Below, piece after piece: positions 1 through 8,157 of a DNA stretch of 32,000 bases. The stretch's first letter is position 1. The number at the start of each line of letters is the position of its first letter. The translations under genes were made by a program, and so were the position numbers. The stretch is from Nitrososphaerota archaeon. GTDB lineage: Archaea > Thermoproteota > Nitrososphaeria > Nitrososphaerales > UBA57. The stretch covers positions 417 through 32,416 of the forward strand of contig JACAFS010000003.1 of NCBI GenBank assembly GCA_013378385.1, written 5' to 3'. The notes under the pieces were generated by a model. It saw only the letters and a program-made list of their open reading frames with translations. It was not told the DNA's origin and made no database searches.

Positions 1-2
1 TT

Positions 3-401
3 GTTCTCGCTACAACTGCACCTGCTATGGGAATGACTTGTGATATGTATTTCACTTTTTGGGGTCTTAAAGTACTAACTAAAGATGGTGTTGATTCTGT
101 AAAGATCGCACCAGTAGGAAATCCTGGCATGCCTATGCCAAATATTGTTGGTGTAATTCCTGGTATGACTAAGATGGCTTCTACTATGATGAAGAGTAAG
201 ATTGAAAAATTTTGGCCTAATGTATACGACATGATTAAAATGGCTAAAGACAGCGGCGTCAAACTCCATGCTTGTTCACCTACTATGGGATTCATGGATG
301 TTAAAGAAGAAGATCTTATTCCTGAAGTTGATGATATTGTTGGAGCATCTGCATTCTTATCATGGGCCAGCGAACCTGATGCATTGACACTATTCATTTA
401 A
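3..401 (+). CDS. DsrE/DsrF-like (COG2210-type, peroxiredoxin-like) family protein, 5'-truncated by the window edge
   Basis: The reading frame is open from base 3 (VLATTAPAMGM...). The motifs 'FTFWGL' and 'KLHACSPTMGF' resemble DsrE-like sulfur-relay-fold proteins. The stop is at 399-401. Confidence 0.55.
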   Translation, partial: VLATTAPAMGMTCDMYFTFWGLKVLTKDGVDSVKIAPVGNPGMPMPNIVGVIPGMTKMASTMMKSKIEKFWPNVYDMIKMAKDSGVKLHACSPTMGFMDVKEEDLIPEVDDIVGASAFLSWASEPDALTLFI

Positions 402-432
402 GTATTAGAAATTTAAACTCAAAGTAAGAAAG

Positions 433-798
433 ATGAAAATAAGCTCCAGACCAGTTAAAGAATATATTATTTCTAGTTTGATTAAACATGATTCTCCTGA
501 TAATTTAGCACGCCGAACTGCAATACAGTCACATTCAATGACTTCTCCATATGTTAAATGGATTGATGGTGTTGTTTATCGAATTCTTAATTTAACTTTT
601 GGTGGCGTAGATGAACGACTCACTGAACAATTTGTTGACAATGGTATTATATGGGTAGACATTGAATATGCAGAAATGCCAACTTTTACATCTACTATTA
701 ATTCTCCTCAAGAAAATATTGTTGTTCCAGTTATTAATAACAGCAGTGACTCAAACGAAAAAGCATTAATTACGTGGATTAAAGATAATAGTCAATAA
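433..798 (+). CDS. hypothetical protein (121 aa), no recognisable domain
   Basis: ATG-initiated ORF that fills the gap between flanking same-strand genes. It lies 31 nt after the upstream stop and 4 nt before the next start. I recognise no motif. Confidence 0.5.
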   Translation: MKISSRPVKEYIISSLIKHDSPDNLARRTAIQSHSMTSPYVKWIDGVVYRILNLTFGGVDERLTEQFVDNGIIWVDIEYAEMPTFTSTINSPQENIVVPVINNSSDSNEKALITWIKDNSQ

Positions 799-802
799 GC
801 AT

Positions 803-1363
803 ATGACTGATTCTCGTGAATTAATTCGTAGCCAGATTAAACATACACGCACATCACAATCTATAGATGATATTAATCTCAAATCTCAAAGTATACAGAA
901 TAAATTATTCTCTAATGAAATCTTCATGAGGAGTGACTGTATTGCTTTTTATAATTCTCTGAATACGGAAGTTAATACTCATAATATGATTGATAAAACC
1001 CTAAATATTGGAAAAACGGTTTGTCTGCCCAGGATTAATACTGAATCTAAAGATATGATATTTCTTACAATAGAAGACCTATTGACCATGAAACCAAATG
1101 ATCTTGGTATTCTTGAACCCACCAATGGGGAAATTTGTACGAATATTGATGTTATTATTGTTCCTGGCCTTGCTTTTGATCAGTCGGGTAATAGGCTAGG
1201 TTTTGGTTCTGGATATTATGATAGATTCCTCAATTTTCAACCTGTAGGATATAAAATTGCACTAGCATTTGATTTCCAGGTTGTTGATAAGATTGATATT
1301 ATCGAACATGACGTCCCTATGGACCTAATTATTACTGAAAACCGTACAATCAAAGTTAGATAA
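803..1363 (+). CDS. 5-formyltetrahydrofolate cyclo-ligase family protein
   Basis: 'VIIVPGLAFDQSGNRLGFGSGYYDRFL' matches the 5-FCL/MTHFS family signature. The 186-aa size is typical. Confidence 0.8.
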   Translation: MTDSRELIRSQIKHTRTSQSIDDINLKSQSIQNKLFSNEIFMRSDCIAFYNSLNTEVNTHNMIDKTLNIGKTVCLPRINTESKDMIFLTIEDLLTMKPNDLGILEPTNGEICTNIDVIIVPGLAFDQSGNRLGFGSGYYDRFLNFQPVGYKIALAFDFQVVDKIDIIEHDVPMDLIITENRTIKVR

Positions 1364-1408
1364 ATTATAAACATTTTAACTATTGTAATGTTTACATGGT
1401 TATAGAAA

Positions 1409-2215
1409 TTGCAAAGCACTATTAGTTCAAAATTACACGATTTAGAATCATGGTTTAATAATTATGATTCAGTTTTGATTGCATTCTCAGGTGGAGTAGA
1501 TAGTACTTTGTTAGCAAAAGCAGCATTTACTAGCATAGGTAAAAAAGCAATTGCAGTTACAGCTGATTCACCTAGTATCCCAAGAAGTGAACTGACTAAC
1601 GCAAAATCTCTTGCTAAAATGATTGGAATTAAACATCTTGTAGTAAATACTAATGAAATGGAAAATCCACAATACACTCAAAACCCATCTAATCGATGTT
1701 ATTATTGCAAGTCTGAATTATTTTCGACTTTATCCAATCTTTTAAAGGAAAAAGATATTGAGATTATAGTAGATGGCACAAATATAGACGACTTATCTGA
1801 TTTTCGTCCTGGTCTACAAGCAGCAAATGAAAATCAAATCCATCATCCTTTTGTAGATCTTAAATTTACTAAACTTGATATTCGAAATATTTCCAAACAT
1901 CTACAATTACCAACTGCAGATCGCCCATCTGCACCGTGTCTTTCTTCACGTGTCTCTTATGGCCAGCCTATAACTCTTAAAACATTAACAAAAATCGAAA
2001 AAGCTGAAGCATTCATTAAAGAACTTACAGGAATTGAAGTTTTACGTGTGCGAGATCATAATAATATGGCAAGAATCGAAGTGGGAAAACATGAACGCTC
2101 CTTGTTGTTTGATGAAATAATTATGGATAGAATCGATAAAGAATTAAAACACATCGGTTTCAAGTACATAACCTTAGAACTATCAGGTTATAAATCAGGT
2201 AATCTAAATAAATAA
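1409..2215 (+). CDS. larE: LarE-type PP-loop ATP-dependent sulfur transferase (nickel-pincer cofactor biosynthesis)
   Basis: PP-loop 'AFSGGVDS', 'RCYYCK' and 'SAPCLSSRVSYG' are present. The gene is adjacent to larB and larC. The start is TTG, and no in-frame ATG precedes the PP-loop. Confidence 0.85.
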   Translation: MQSTISSKLHDLESWFNNYDSVLIAFSGGVDSTLLAKAAFTSIGKKAIAVTADSPSIPRSELTNAKSLAKMIGIKHLVVNTNEMENPQYTQNPSNRCYYCKSELFSTLSNLLKEKDIEIIVDGTNIDDLSDFRPGLQAANENQIHHPFVDLKFTKLDIRNISKHLQLPTADRPSAPCLSSRVSYGQPITLKTLTKIEKAEAFIKELTGIEVLRVRDHNNMARIEVGKHERSLLFDEIIMDRIDKELKHIGFKYITLELSGYKSGNLNK

Positions 2216-2225
2216 TCTTATAAAA

Positions 2226-2990
2226 ATGACCATTGATGAAATATTGAGAAAAGTTTCAACTGGCGAAATTACTCCTAGTGCTGCAAAAAAACAAATTCAA
2301 TTAAATTCTATACACGAAGTTCAGAATATCGCAAAGATTGATACTGGACGTTCATTTCGAAAAGGAGTTCCTGAGATCATTCTTGCAGAAGGAAAGTCTC
2401 CAGATCAAGTTGTTAAAATTGCTAAAAACATGTTCTCAACTTCAGGCCATGTGATAATTAGCCGTACTGATAAATCTCATATCACTGCAATTTCTAAATC
2501 TTTTACTAAAAAATACATTCGTAAAAACGTTCTTGCAAATACTGTTGTAATATCTAATAAAAAGAAGCAAAAAGTTCATGGACATGTTGCAATTATTACT
2601 GCAGGCACTGCCGATATTCCTGTTGCTGAAGAAGCTAAAGTAATAGTTGATGAAGTAGGATGTAAAAGCACTACATATTATGACGTTGGAATTGCAGGAA
2701 TACATAGGTTATTTTCCTCACTTTCATCTGTTATTCAAGACGATGTAGATGTAATAGTGGCCGTTGCAGGTCGTGAAGGAGCTATGCCTTCTATTATTGC
2801 TGGTATGGTTGACATACCTGTTATTGGAGTACCAACATCAATCGGTTATGGCTATGGTGACAAAGGAACTGCTGCATTGATGAGTATGTTACAATCCTGT
2901 GCACTTGGTATTGCAACTGTAAATATTGATTCCGGTATTGCCGCAGGAGTTCTTGCATCAATCATTGTTCAAAAAAAATCAATTAAATAA
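2226..2990 (+). CDS. larB: LarB, pyridinium-3,5-biscarboxylic acid mononucleotide synthase (PurE-like)
   Basis: 'AIITAGTADIPVAEEAK' and 'VAVAGREGAMPSIIAGMVDIPVIGVPTS' indicate the AIR-carboxylase-like fold of LarB. Confidence 0.9.
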   Translation: MTIDEILRKVSTGEITPSAAKKQIQLNSIHEVQNIAKIDTGRSFRKGVPEIILAEGKSPDQVVKIAKNMFSTSGHVIISRTDKSHITAISKSFTKKYIRKNVLANTVVISNKKKQKVHGHVAIITAGTADIPVAEEAKVIVDEVGCKSTTYYDVGIAGIHRLFSSLSSVIQDDVDVIVAVAGREGAMPSIIAGMVDIPVIGVPTSIGYGYGDKGTAALMSMLQSCALGIATVNIDSGIAAGVLASIIVQKKSIK

Positions 2991-4220
2991 TTCTTTTTGT
3001 ATCTGTTTTGAAATGTCATCTTTTAACACGATTAAATTCATTTTATGTTTCTCAGATAATTTAATAATCTGATCAAATTCTGGCTTAAATTGAATAATTT
3101 CTCCAGATTCTGATTTGACTACTTTTACATCAATTTCTTCATCATCATCATTTATCCTAACGTTTATCTTCACATTCTCCCTCATCTGTATGAATCTTGA
3201 TATTGGATATACTCTCACACCCAGTGTTCCTGTTTCTCGCATAACAATATCAGAGAAAAATTCTGCTTTGCTTAAGTTTGTAATTACTTTTAATACATTA
3301 CTTGGACGACCCTTCTTTCCTATTGTTGGTATTAACGATACATCTAATGCACCATGATCAATTATCTTCTGCATCGCATAACCTAATTCTTCTCCCGTTC
3401 TATCATCTATGTTTGTTTCAATTATTGCAACTTCGTCAGTAACTAATTTGGATCTCTGCCCTAGTGTAATTCTTAGAATATTTGGTATCTCTTTAAAATC
3501 AGACGAACCCGCTCCTACCCCTATTATGTCTGGTTTTATTCCAGGGAAAAATTCTTGACTGTCTTCTACCAATGCCGCTAGCATCGACATGCCTGTCGGA
3601 GTTGCAGTTTCATACATTCCTGGCCCTCCTTTAATTATTATGTTATTTCTTCTAGCAATTTCTAATATTGCCGGTGCAGGATTCTGCATTTTTCCATGTG
3701 AGAATGTTATATCTCCCCCTCCGATTGAAACTGGCGTAGTTATAATTTGTTTCAATTTAAATAATCCCAAGTTGTCTAACGCTGTTCCTGTTCCAATAAT
3801 ATCAACAAATGTGTCTATCGAACCAGCTTCATGCAAATGCATCTCTTCTTTTGTTACTCCGTGTAATCTCTTTTCTGCAGAAATTAAATTCTCAAACGAC
3901 CTCTTTATGAACGACCTGGCATCTTCAGATATAGAAATATTTTTGACGCAATTCTCCAAGTTATTATTTAATTCATTTACATTGTGTGTCGTATTATCTT
4001 CTTGAATTACAATATCTGCTTTTTTTGCACGAAACCCATTTTTTATTACATCAATAAAACTTATTTCTAGACGATTACAATTCTTGAAATAATCTTTAAT
4101 ACTCTCTATGTTGTCGATTACTAATTCTTCATCTGCCCCTAAATCTATTGTTGAACTTAATAGCATATCTCCTGATATACCTGCGATACTTGGATCAATT
4201 ACTAAAATATCGTTTACCAT
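2979..4220 (-). CDS. larC: LarC, nickel insertion (cyclometallase) protein, DUF111 family
   Basis: N-terminal 'DPSIAGISGDMLL' and the 413-aa size are typical of LarC/DUF111. Its tail overlaps larB by 12 bp, tail to tail. Confidence 0.9.
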   Translation of the reverse strand: MVNDILVIDPSIAGISGDMLLSSTIDLGADEELVIDNIESIKDYFKNCNRLEISFIDVIKNGFRAKKADIVIQEDNTTHNVNELNNNLENCVKNISISEDARSFIKRSFENLISAEKRLHGVTKEEMHLHEAGSIDTFVDIIGTGTALDNLGLFKLKQIITTPVSIGGGDITFSHGKMQNPAPAILEIARRNNIIIKGGPGMYETATPTGMSMLAALVEDSQEFFPGIKPDIIGVGAGSSDFKEIPNILRITLGQRSKLVTDEVAIIETNIDDRTGEELGYAMQKIIDHGALDVSLIPTIGKKGRPSNVLKVITNLSKAEFFSDIVMRETGTLGVRVYPISRFIQMRENVKINVRINDDDEEIDVKVVKSESGEIIQFKPEFDQIIKLSEKHKMNLIVLKDDISKQIQKELFN

Positions 4221-4294
4221 GTTCTATTAAACTAATTATAAAATCTAATTTAAGGATGAAGACTTAAAATAACCATTAATGAAAATTATATAGG

Positions 4295-4391
4295 GGGCGC
4301 GTCGTCTAGCCAGAGTTGATTGAACTCCTAGAATGGTTAGGATGTCGCCTTTACACGGCGAAGGTCCCCGGTTCAAATCCGGGCGTGCCCA
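4295..4391 (+). tRNA. tRNA-Val (anticodon UAC) with a 22-nt non-canonical intron in the D-loop
   Basis: Hand-folded. The acceptor is GGGCGCG/CGTGCCC with discriminator A. The anticodon stem is TCGCC/GGCGA with loop TTTACAC. The T-arm is CCCGG-TTCAAAT-CCGGG. The D-arm only forms after removing 4312-4333. No CCA is encoded. Confidence 0.85.
4312..4333 (+). other. tRNA intron (D-loop, between positions 17 and 17a/18) with a bulge-helix-bulge fold
   Basis: The central 4-bp helix is CTAG(4306-4309):CTAG(4328-4331). It is flanked by 3-nt bulges CCA(4310-4312) and AAT(4332-4334). The inner helix is GAGT(4313-4316):ACTC(4324-4327). Both splice junctions fall after the second bulge nucleotide. Confidence 0.75.
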
Positions 4392-4450
4392 CTAAATATT
4401 ATTTAGTTCTACTTGCAAAGTTTATTACCAATTATTAGTATGAATTTCTC

Positions 4451-4684
4451 ATGACTAGATTAATTAAACATTCTACTGACAAACCCTTTATTCATATAAC
4501 ACCTTCTGGTGATAAAGTCAAAATCTGCATGTGCGGTGTTAGTAAAACCTATCCATTTTGTGATGCTTCACATAGTAAAACAAAAGATGAAGGTGATCAA
4601 TTATGTTGTTATGACAAAGAAGGTAATCGCCTCTCTTCAGACGAATGGACATATCAAGAAGATAAAGAAATCACTGACGTCTAA
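4451..4684 (+). CDS. CDGSH-type [2Fe-2S] iron-sulfur domain protein (mitoNEET-like)
   Basis: 'CMCGVSKTYPFCDASH' fits the C-x-C-x2-S-x3-P-x-C-D-[GA]-S-H signature. Confidence 0.8.
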   Translation: MTRLIKHSTDKPFIHITPSGDKVKICMCGVSKTYPFCDASHSKTKDEGDQLCCYDKEGNRLSSDEWTYQEDKEITDV

Positions 4685-4687
4685 ATT

Positions 4688-6454
4688 TTATTTTACTGTA
4701 ACTGATTTTGCTAAGTTTCTTGGATAATCTGGATTATTCTTTCTTCTTATTGCCGTATAGTATGCTAAAAGCTGTAATGGAATAAGTTCGATTAACGGAT
4801 ACAAAATATTATCGACTTTGGGAATCTTTATCCAATAATCATACGCTTCATTATCTTCAACTGATATTCCTATTATCTTTGCGCCTCTTGCTTTCATTTC
4901 TATTGCATTATTCATTGTATCTTCATACGATTCATCTTTCGGATTAATAATTATTGCAGGCGTCCCTTCCTCAACAAGAGCTAATGTTCCATGTTTAATT
5001 TCACCTGCTGCCATTCCTTCAGCATGAATATATGCGAGCTCTTTTAGCTTTAATGCACCTTCTAATGCAATTGGATGATGTATTGACCTACCTAAGAAAT
5101 ATACATCATTTGATTCATTCAGTAATTCTATTATTTCATGTAATGATTTTTCGTTTGATATAATCTCCTTTATTTGCTCCGATAATTCCTCTATCTTTTC
5201 ATTACCATCCTTCACCTTTCCTAATTCAAATATTATCTTGTATACTATTGCTAATTGAGATGTAAAACTTTTAGTTGCAGCAACTCCAATTTCTGGCCCA
5301 CAATTCAGATTCAAACTAATGTCACTTACTCTTGACAATGAAGAACCTATTGTATTGTATATTGATAAAATAGTAACTCCTTTGTCTTTCAAATTACGAA
5401 TTACTTCATGTAAATCTGCAGTTTCTCCACTTTGAGATATAGGTATTAATATTGAATTTTCATCCATTAATTCTCTATATTCTTCTGATTCACTAGATAA
5501 AAACGCCTGTACTTGACTTTTTACAAATTTTGTAAGCATTTTCTTAAATATTAACGCTATATGAAAACTCGAACCCGATCCTGTGATAAAAATATTCTTT
5601 CCACTCAATAATTCGTTGACAAATTTTTCAAATTCTTCCTTATCTTGATTTAATGCAGTTTTTACCGTAGAGCTTTGTTCATGTATCTCCTTAATAGTAT
5701 GATGTGAGAATTCCTCTTTTGAAATATCTGCTGCTTCCCAAGCTACATGTGTTTTATCTCGCGTTATTTTATCTCCATCAAAGTTTAGTATTTCAATTGA
5801 ATTCTGTGTAACTTTTACTATTTCTTTGTCTTCTAAAAATATTACATTATCTGTATAATCTATGAAAGAAACAATATCGCTTGAAATAAAATTCTCATTT
5901 TCCCCAATTCCAACAATTAATGGCGCATATTTTCTTACTCCATATATTTCATTTGCCCTATCACTAAAAATTACTATTAGTGCAAAACTACCGTTTAATT
6001 TCTTACTAATATTCTGTAATGTTTTTATTGGATCTTTTAATTTATTATATTCTTCTTCAATTAAATGTGATATTACTTCTGAATCTGTTTGACTCTGAAA
6101 ATTATGATTATTTGATAACCCTTTCAATAATTTTCTGTAATTTTCTATAATTCCATTATGAACTAGTATTACTTCTTTATTACATGATAAATGTGGATGA
6201 GCGTTTTCTTTTGTTACTCCTCCATGCGTGGCCCATCTTGTATGGGCAACCCCAATTTTACCTTCTGCTTCCCCTAGTTGAATTTTTTCATTTATTGAAT
6301 CTATTCTTCCAATATCCTTCTTTATTATTATTTTATCTTTATGAATAGTTGAAATTCCTGCTGAATCATAACCCCTGTATTCCATTCTTTTTAATGATTT
6401 TAATAAAATTGGAGCTGCATCTTTATGTCCAATATATCCAGTTATTCCACACAT
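4688..6454 (-). CDS. glmS: glutamine--fructose-6-phosphate aminotransferase (isomerizing)
   Basis: N-terminal nucleophile 'MCGITGYIG', a 'HTRWATHG' segment, two SIS-like halves and the C-terminal 'NLAKSVTVK'. The protein is 588 aa. Confidence 0.97.
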   Translation of the reverse strand: MCGITGYIGHKDAAPILLKSLKRMEYRGYDSAGISTIHKDKIIIKKDIGRIDSINEKIQLGEAEGKIGVAHTRWATHGGVTKENAHPHLSCNKEVILVHNGIIENYRKLLKGLSNNHNFQSQTDSEVISHLIEEEYNKLKDPIKTLQNISKKLNGSFALIVIFSDRANEIYGVRKYAPLIVGIGENENFISSDIVSFIDYTDNVIFLEDKEIVKVTQNSIEILNFDGDKITRDKTHVAWEAADISKEEFSHHTIKEIHEQSSTVKTALNQDKEEFEKFVNELLSGKNIFITGSGSSFHIALIFKKMLTKFVKSQVQAFLSSESEEYRELMDENSILIPISQSGETADLHEVIRNLKDKGVTILSIYNTIGSSLSRVSDISLNLNCGPEIGVAATKSFTSQLAIVYKIIFELGKVKDGNEKIEELSEQIKEIISNEKSLHEIIELLNESNDVYFLGRSIHHPIALEGALKLKELAYIHAEGMAAGEIKHGTLALVEEGTPAIIINPKDESYEDTMNNAIEMKARGAKIIGISVEDNEAYDYWIKIPKVDNILYPLIELIPLQLLAYYTAIRRKNNPDYPRNLAKSVTVK

Positions 6455-6490
6455 AATTAAAATCTTGAAGCTATATTAACAGATAAAAAA

Positions 6491-6892
6491 CTATGCTCTT
6501 CTTCCTCTTCTGCCGCCAGCTTTTCTAGTCGTATCATGAGGAATTGGCGTTACATCTTCAATTTTTCCTACTCTAAATCCTCCTCTTGCAATTGCTCTGA
6601 TTACTGCTTGCGCTCCAGGTCCTGGAGTTCTTCCACCTACTCCTCCAACTGCACGTACTCTGATGTGTAAATGTTCTATTCCTTTTGATCTTGCAATTTC
6701 TGCCGCTGCTTGGGCAGCTTTCATTGCTGCATATGGTGTTGCTTGGAATCTATCAGCTTTAACATGCCTTCCACCAGAACTTATTGCAATTGTTTCTGAA
6801 CCACTCAAGTCTGTTATATGAACAATTGTATTATTATAACTACTAAAAATATGTACTATTCCCCATTTCTTTGATACATCCGAAATACTCAT
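6491..6892 (-). CDS. rps11: 30S ribosomal protein S11 (uS11)
   Basis: '[21 protein letters not shown]' and '[15 protein letters not shown]' are present. It shares an ATGA overlap with the upstream S4 gene. Confidence 0.97.
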   Translation of the reverse strand: MSISDVSKKWGIVHIFSSYNNTIVHITDLSGSETIAISSGGRHVKADRFQATPYAAMKAAQAAAEIARSKGIEHLHIRVRAVGGVGGRTPGPGAQAVIRAIARGGFRVGKIEDVTPIPHDTTRKAGGRRGRRA

Positions 6893-7584
6893 TTCTTTGT
6901 TAATTCCTCTTTAGGTTTTATATCTTTTTCCGCCTTAGCTTCTTTAGCTGGCTTTTCTTCCGCCTTAGCTTCTTTAGCTGGCTTTTCTTCCGCCTTAGCT
7001 TCTTTAGCTGGCTTTTCTTCTACTTTACCATTTACTTCTTCTTTTTCATCTGGGTTTCCATATGCATCACTTTTTAATTCTTTTACTGCTATCTCTTGAA
7101 GTACAAATGTACTATTATCTGTCATTTTTATCAACGGTTCTTCATTACGTGTTACTGTATAACTTGGTATTGTTATTCTGTTCTCTCCAATTGCTATATG
7201 ACCATGTGTAATTAATTGTCGTGATTGATGTGGAGTTCTAGCTAATCCTTTTTTTAATACTACTGTCTGTAATCTTCTCTCCAAAAAATTCGAAACATTA
7301 AGAGCTAATACATTATCTAACGTTGCATCTTCAGTAACAATACCTTTCCTTGTTAGTGATGATAATAAAACCGGTTCTCTTGCCGTTCTAATCTCGGTCG
7401 TTGCAGCTAAAAGTTGTCTAGCTTGTTTTCTAATTCTTGATAATTCAGTAGATGCTACATGAAGTTCTTTTTTATTTCTTAAACCAAAATTACCAACTAG
7501 TTCTAATTCTTCTTTTAATAGATTTCGTTGCCATGGATTTCTAGGTCTGGCAGATTTCTTTCGTGAATATTTTGGATCTCCCAT
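6889..7584 (-). CDS. rps4: 30S ribosomal protein S4 (uS4) with a roughly 55-aa repeat-containing C-terminal extension
   Basis: N-terminal 'GDPKYSRKK' and the S4 domain '[28 protein letters not shown]'. The C-terminus carries 3x [10 protein letters not shown]. Confidence 0.95.
   Translation of the reverse strand: MGDPKYSRKKSARPRNPWQRNLLKEELELVGNFGLRNKKELHVASTELSRIRKQARQLLAATTEIRTAREPVLLSSLTRKGIVTEDATLDNVLALNVSNFLERRLQTVVLKKGLARTPHQSRQLITHGHIAIGENRITIPSYTVTRNEEPLIKMTDNSTFVLQEIAVKELKSDAYGNPDEKEEVNGKVEEKPAKEAKAEEKPAKEAKAEEKPAKEAKAEKDIKPKEELTKK
6931..7020 (-). repeat. Three perfect tandem copies of a 30-bp in-frame unit (minus-strand sense gaagaaaagccagctaaagaagctaaggcg = [10 protein letters not shown])
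   Basis: By direct reading, 6931-6960, 6961-6990 and 6991-7020 are identical. Confidence 0.97.
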
Positions 7585-7588
7585 TTAA

Positions 7589-8053
7589 CTAACTCGCCTT
7601 TCCTGGTTTTAGTGTTGATTTACGTACACCCACAACTTTTCCAGCTCTTCCAGTACATCTTGTTCTTTGACCTCTTACTTTCAAGTTTAATGAATGTCTT
7701 GTTCCTCTCCAGCTTTGCAAAATTCTTTCTAAGTCTATATCTTGTTTCTTTGCTACAATCAAATCTGTTTCTATATTGTGTGAATTTTTACCAGTTTGCA
7801 TATCTTTTCGACGATTTAGATTAAATTCAGGATATTTCTCGCCCATATTTTTAATATTTTCTTCTATAGAATTAATCTGCTCATCAGTCAACATTCCCAT
7901 TCTTAAATTTTTGTCTATTCCTAGTGATTTTACCATGTAATGTGCTAGATTATTGCCTATTCCTTTAACATTTGAGAGAGATTGGACTACTTTCTTTGTG
8001 CCACTCACGTCTCTTCCCATTATTCTTACTATGTACTTGAATTCGGTCGACAA
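7589..8053 (-). CDS. rps13: 30S ribosomal protein S13 (uS13)
   Basis: 'EFKYIVRIMGRDVSG' and 'KVRGQRTR' are present. The TTG start is needed to include the conserved N-terminus. Confidence 0.95.
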   Translation of the reverse strand: MSTEFKYIVRIMGRDVSGTKKVVQSLSNVKGIGNNLAHYMVKSLGIDKNLRMGMLTDEQINSIEENIKNMGEKYPEFNLNRRKDMQTGKNSHNIETDLIVAKKQDIDLERILQSWRGTRHSLNLKVRGQRTRCTGRAGKVVGVRKSTLKPGKAS

Positions 8054-8157
8054 TTTTATAATTATGTAGATGATGCCTCTAATTAATCTTTATCGAAAAA
8101 TGATAAGGTTTTAATTACAATATTCTGCGTTTACTAGGGTATTAAGGAGACGTAAAT

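Noticed and set aside
2625-2638. A 14-nt match (gctgaagaagctaa) to the ribosomal-tail repeat inside larB.
   Set aside because: It encodes the LarB 'AEEAK' segment next to the conserved 'TADIPV' motif. The match is short and does not extend, so it is most likely coincidence.
3589-4005. 138-aa plus-strand ORF inside larC. Similar antisense ORFs occur at 75-269, 1237-1419, 1462-1677, 2442-2705, 3115-3357, 5862-6092, 7612-7824, 8990-9304, 10774-11022, 11432-11683, 13088-13276, 13900-14244, 14440-14868, 15903-16250, 16623-16841, 18112-18309, 19711-19923, 20089-20376, 20907-21122, 21080-21391, 21849-22064, 22452-22667, 23985-24167, 24248-24430, 25422-25679, 26391-26666, 26922-27152, 27162-27344, 27666-27926, 28527-28718 and 31168-31374.
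   Set aside because: All lie largely or wholly antisense to genes with strong, recognisable protein motifs; a few spill over a gene junction or into the adjacent spacer. Their translations are low-complexity (S/I/F/L-rich) with no motifs. They are typical shadow ORFs.
4509-4727. 72-aa same-strand ORF overlapping the CDGSH gene out of frame. Similar cases are 17594-17785, 28897-29118 and 29882-30067.
   Set aside because: These are alternative frames of well-supported genes. They have no motifs, and the overlapping frame carries the conserved signature.
6455-6490. TATA-like boxes and oligo-T runs as promoter or terminator features. Examples are 'tatattaa' at 6472-6479 upstream of glmS with the A6 run at 6485-6490 (T6 on the minus strand), 'tttataga' at 28057-28064 upstream of S6e, and 'ttaaaata' at 4264-4271 upstream of the tRNA.
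   Set aside because: The spacing is plausible for archaeal promoters. In DNA this AT-rich, such motifs occur by chance too often to call as features without 5'/3'-end data.
6931-7020. Whether the 30-bp repeats could be a CRISPR array or a minisatellite outside genes.
   Set aside because: The repeats are directly tandem with no spacers. They lie in frame inside ribosomal protein ORFs and encode a coherent decapeptide. This does not fit CRISPR architecture.
8054-8157. Possible C/D-box sRNA in the S13/rpoD divergent spacer (ATGATGC at 8070-8076, TGATAA at 8101-8106).
   Set aside because: No CUGA D or D' boxes occur at the required spacing (only 'ctgc' at 8125-8128), and there is no terminal stem. 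These are more simply AT-rich promoter sequences.
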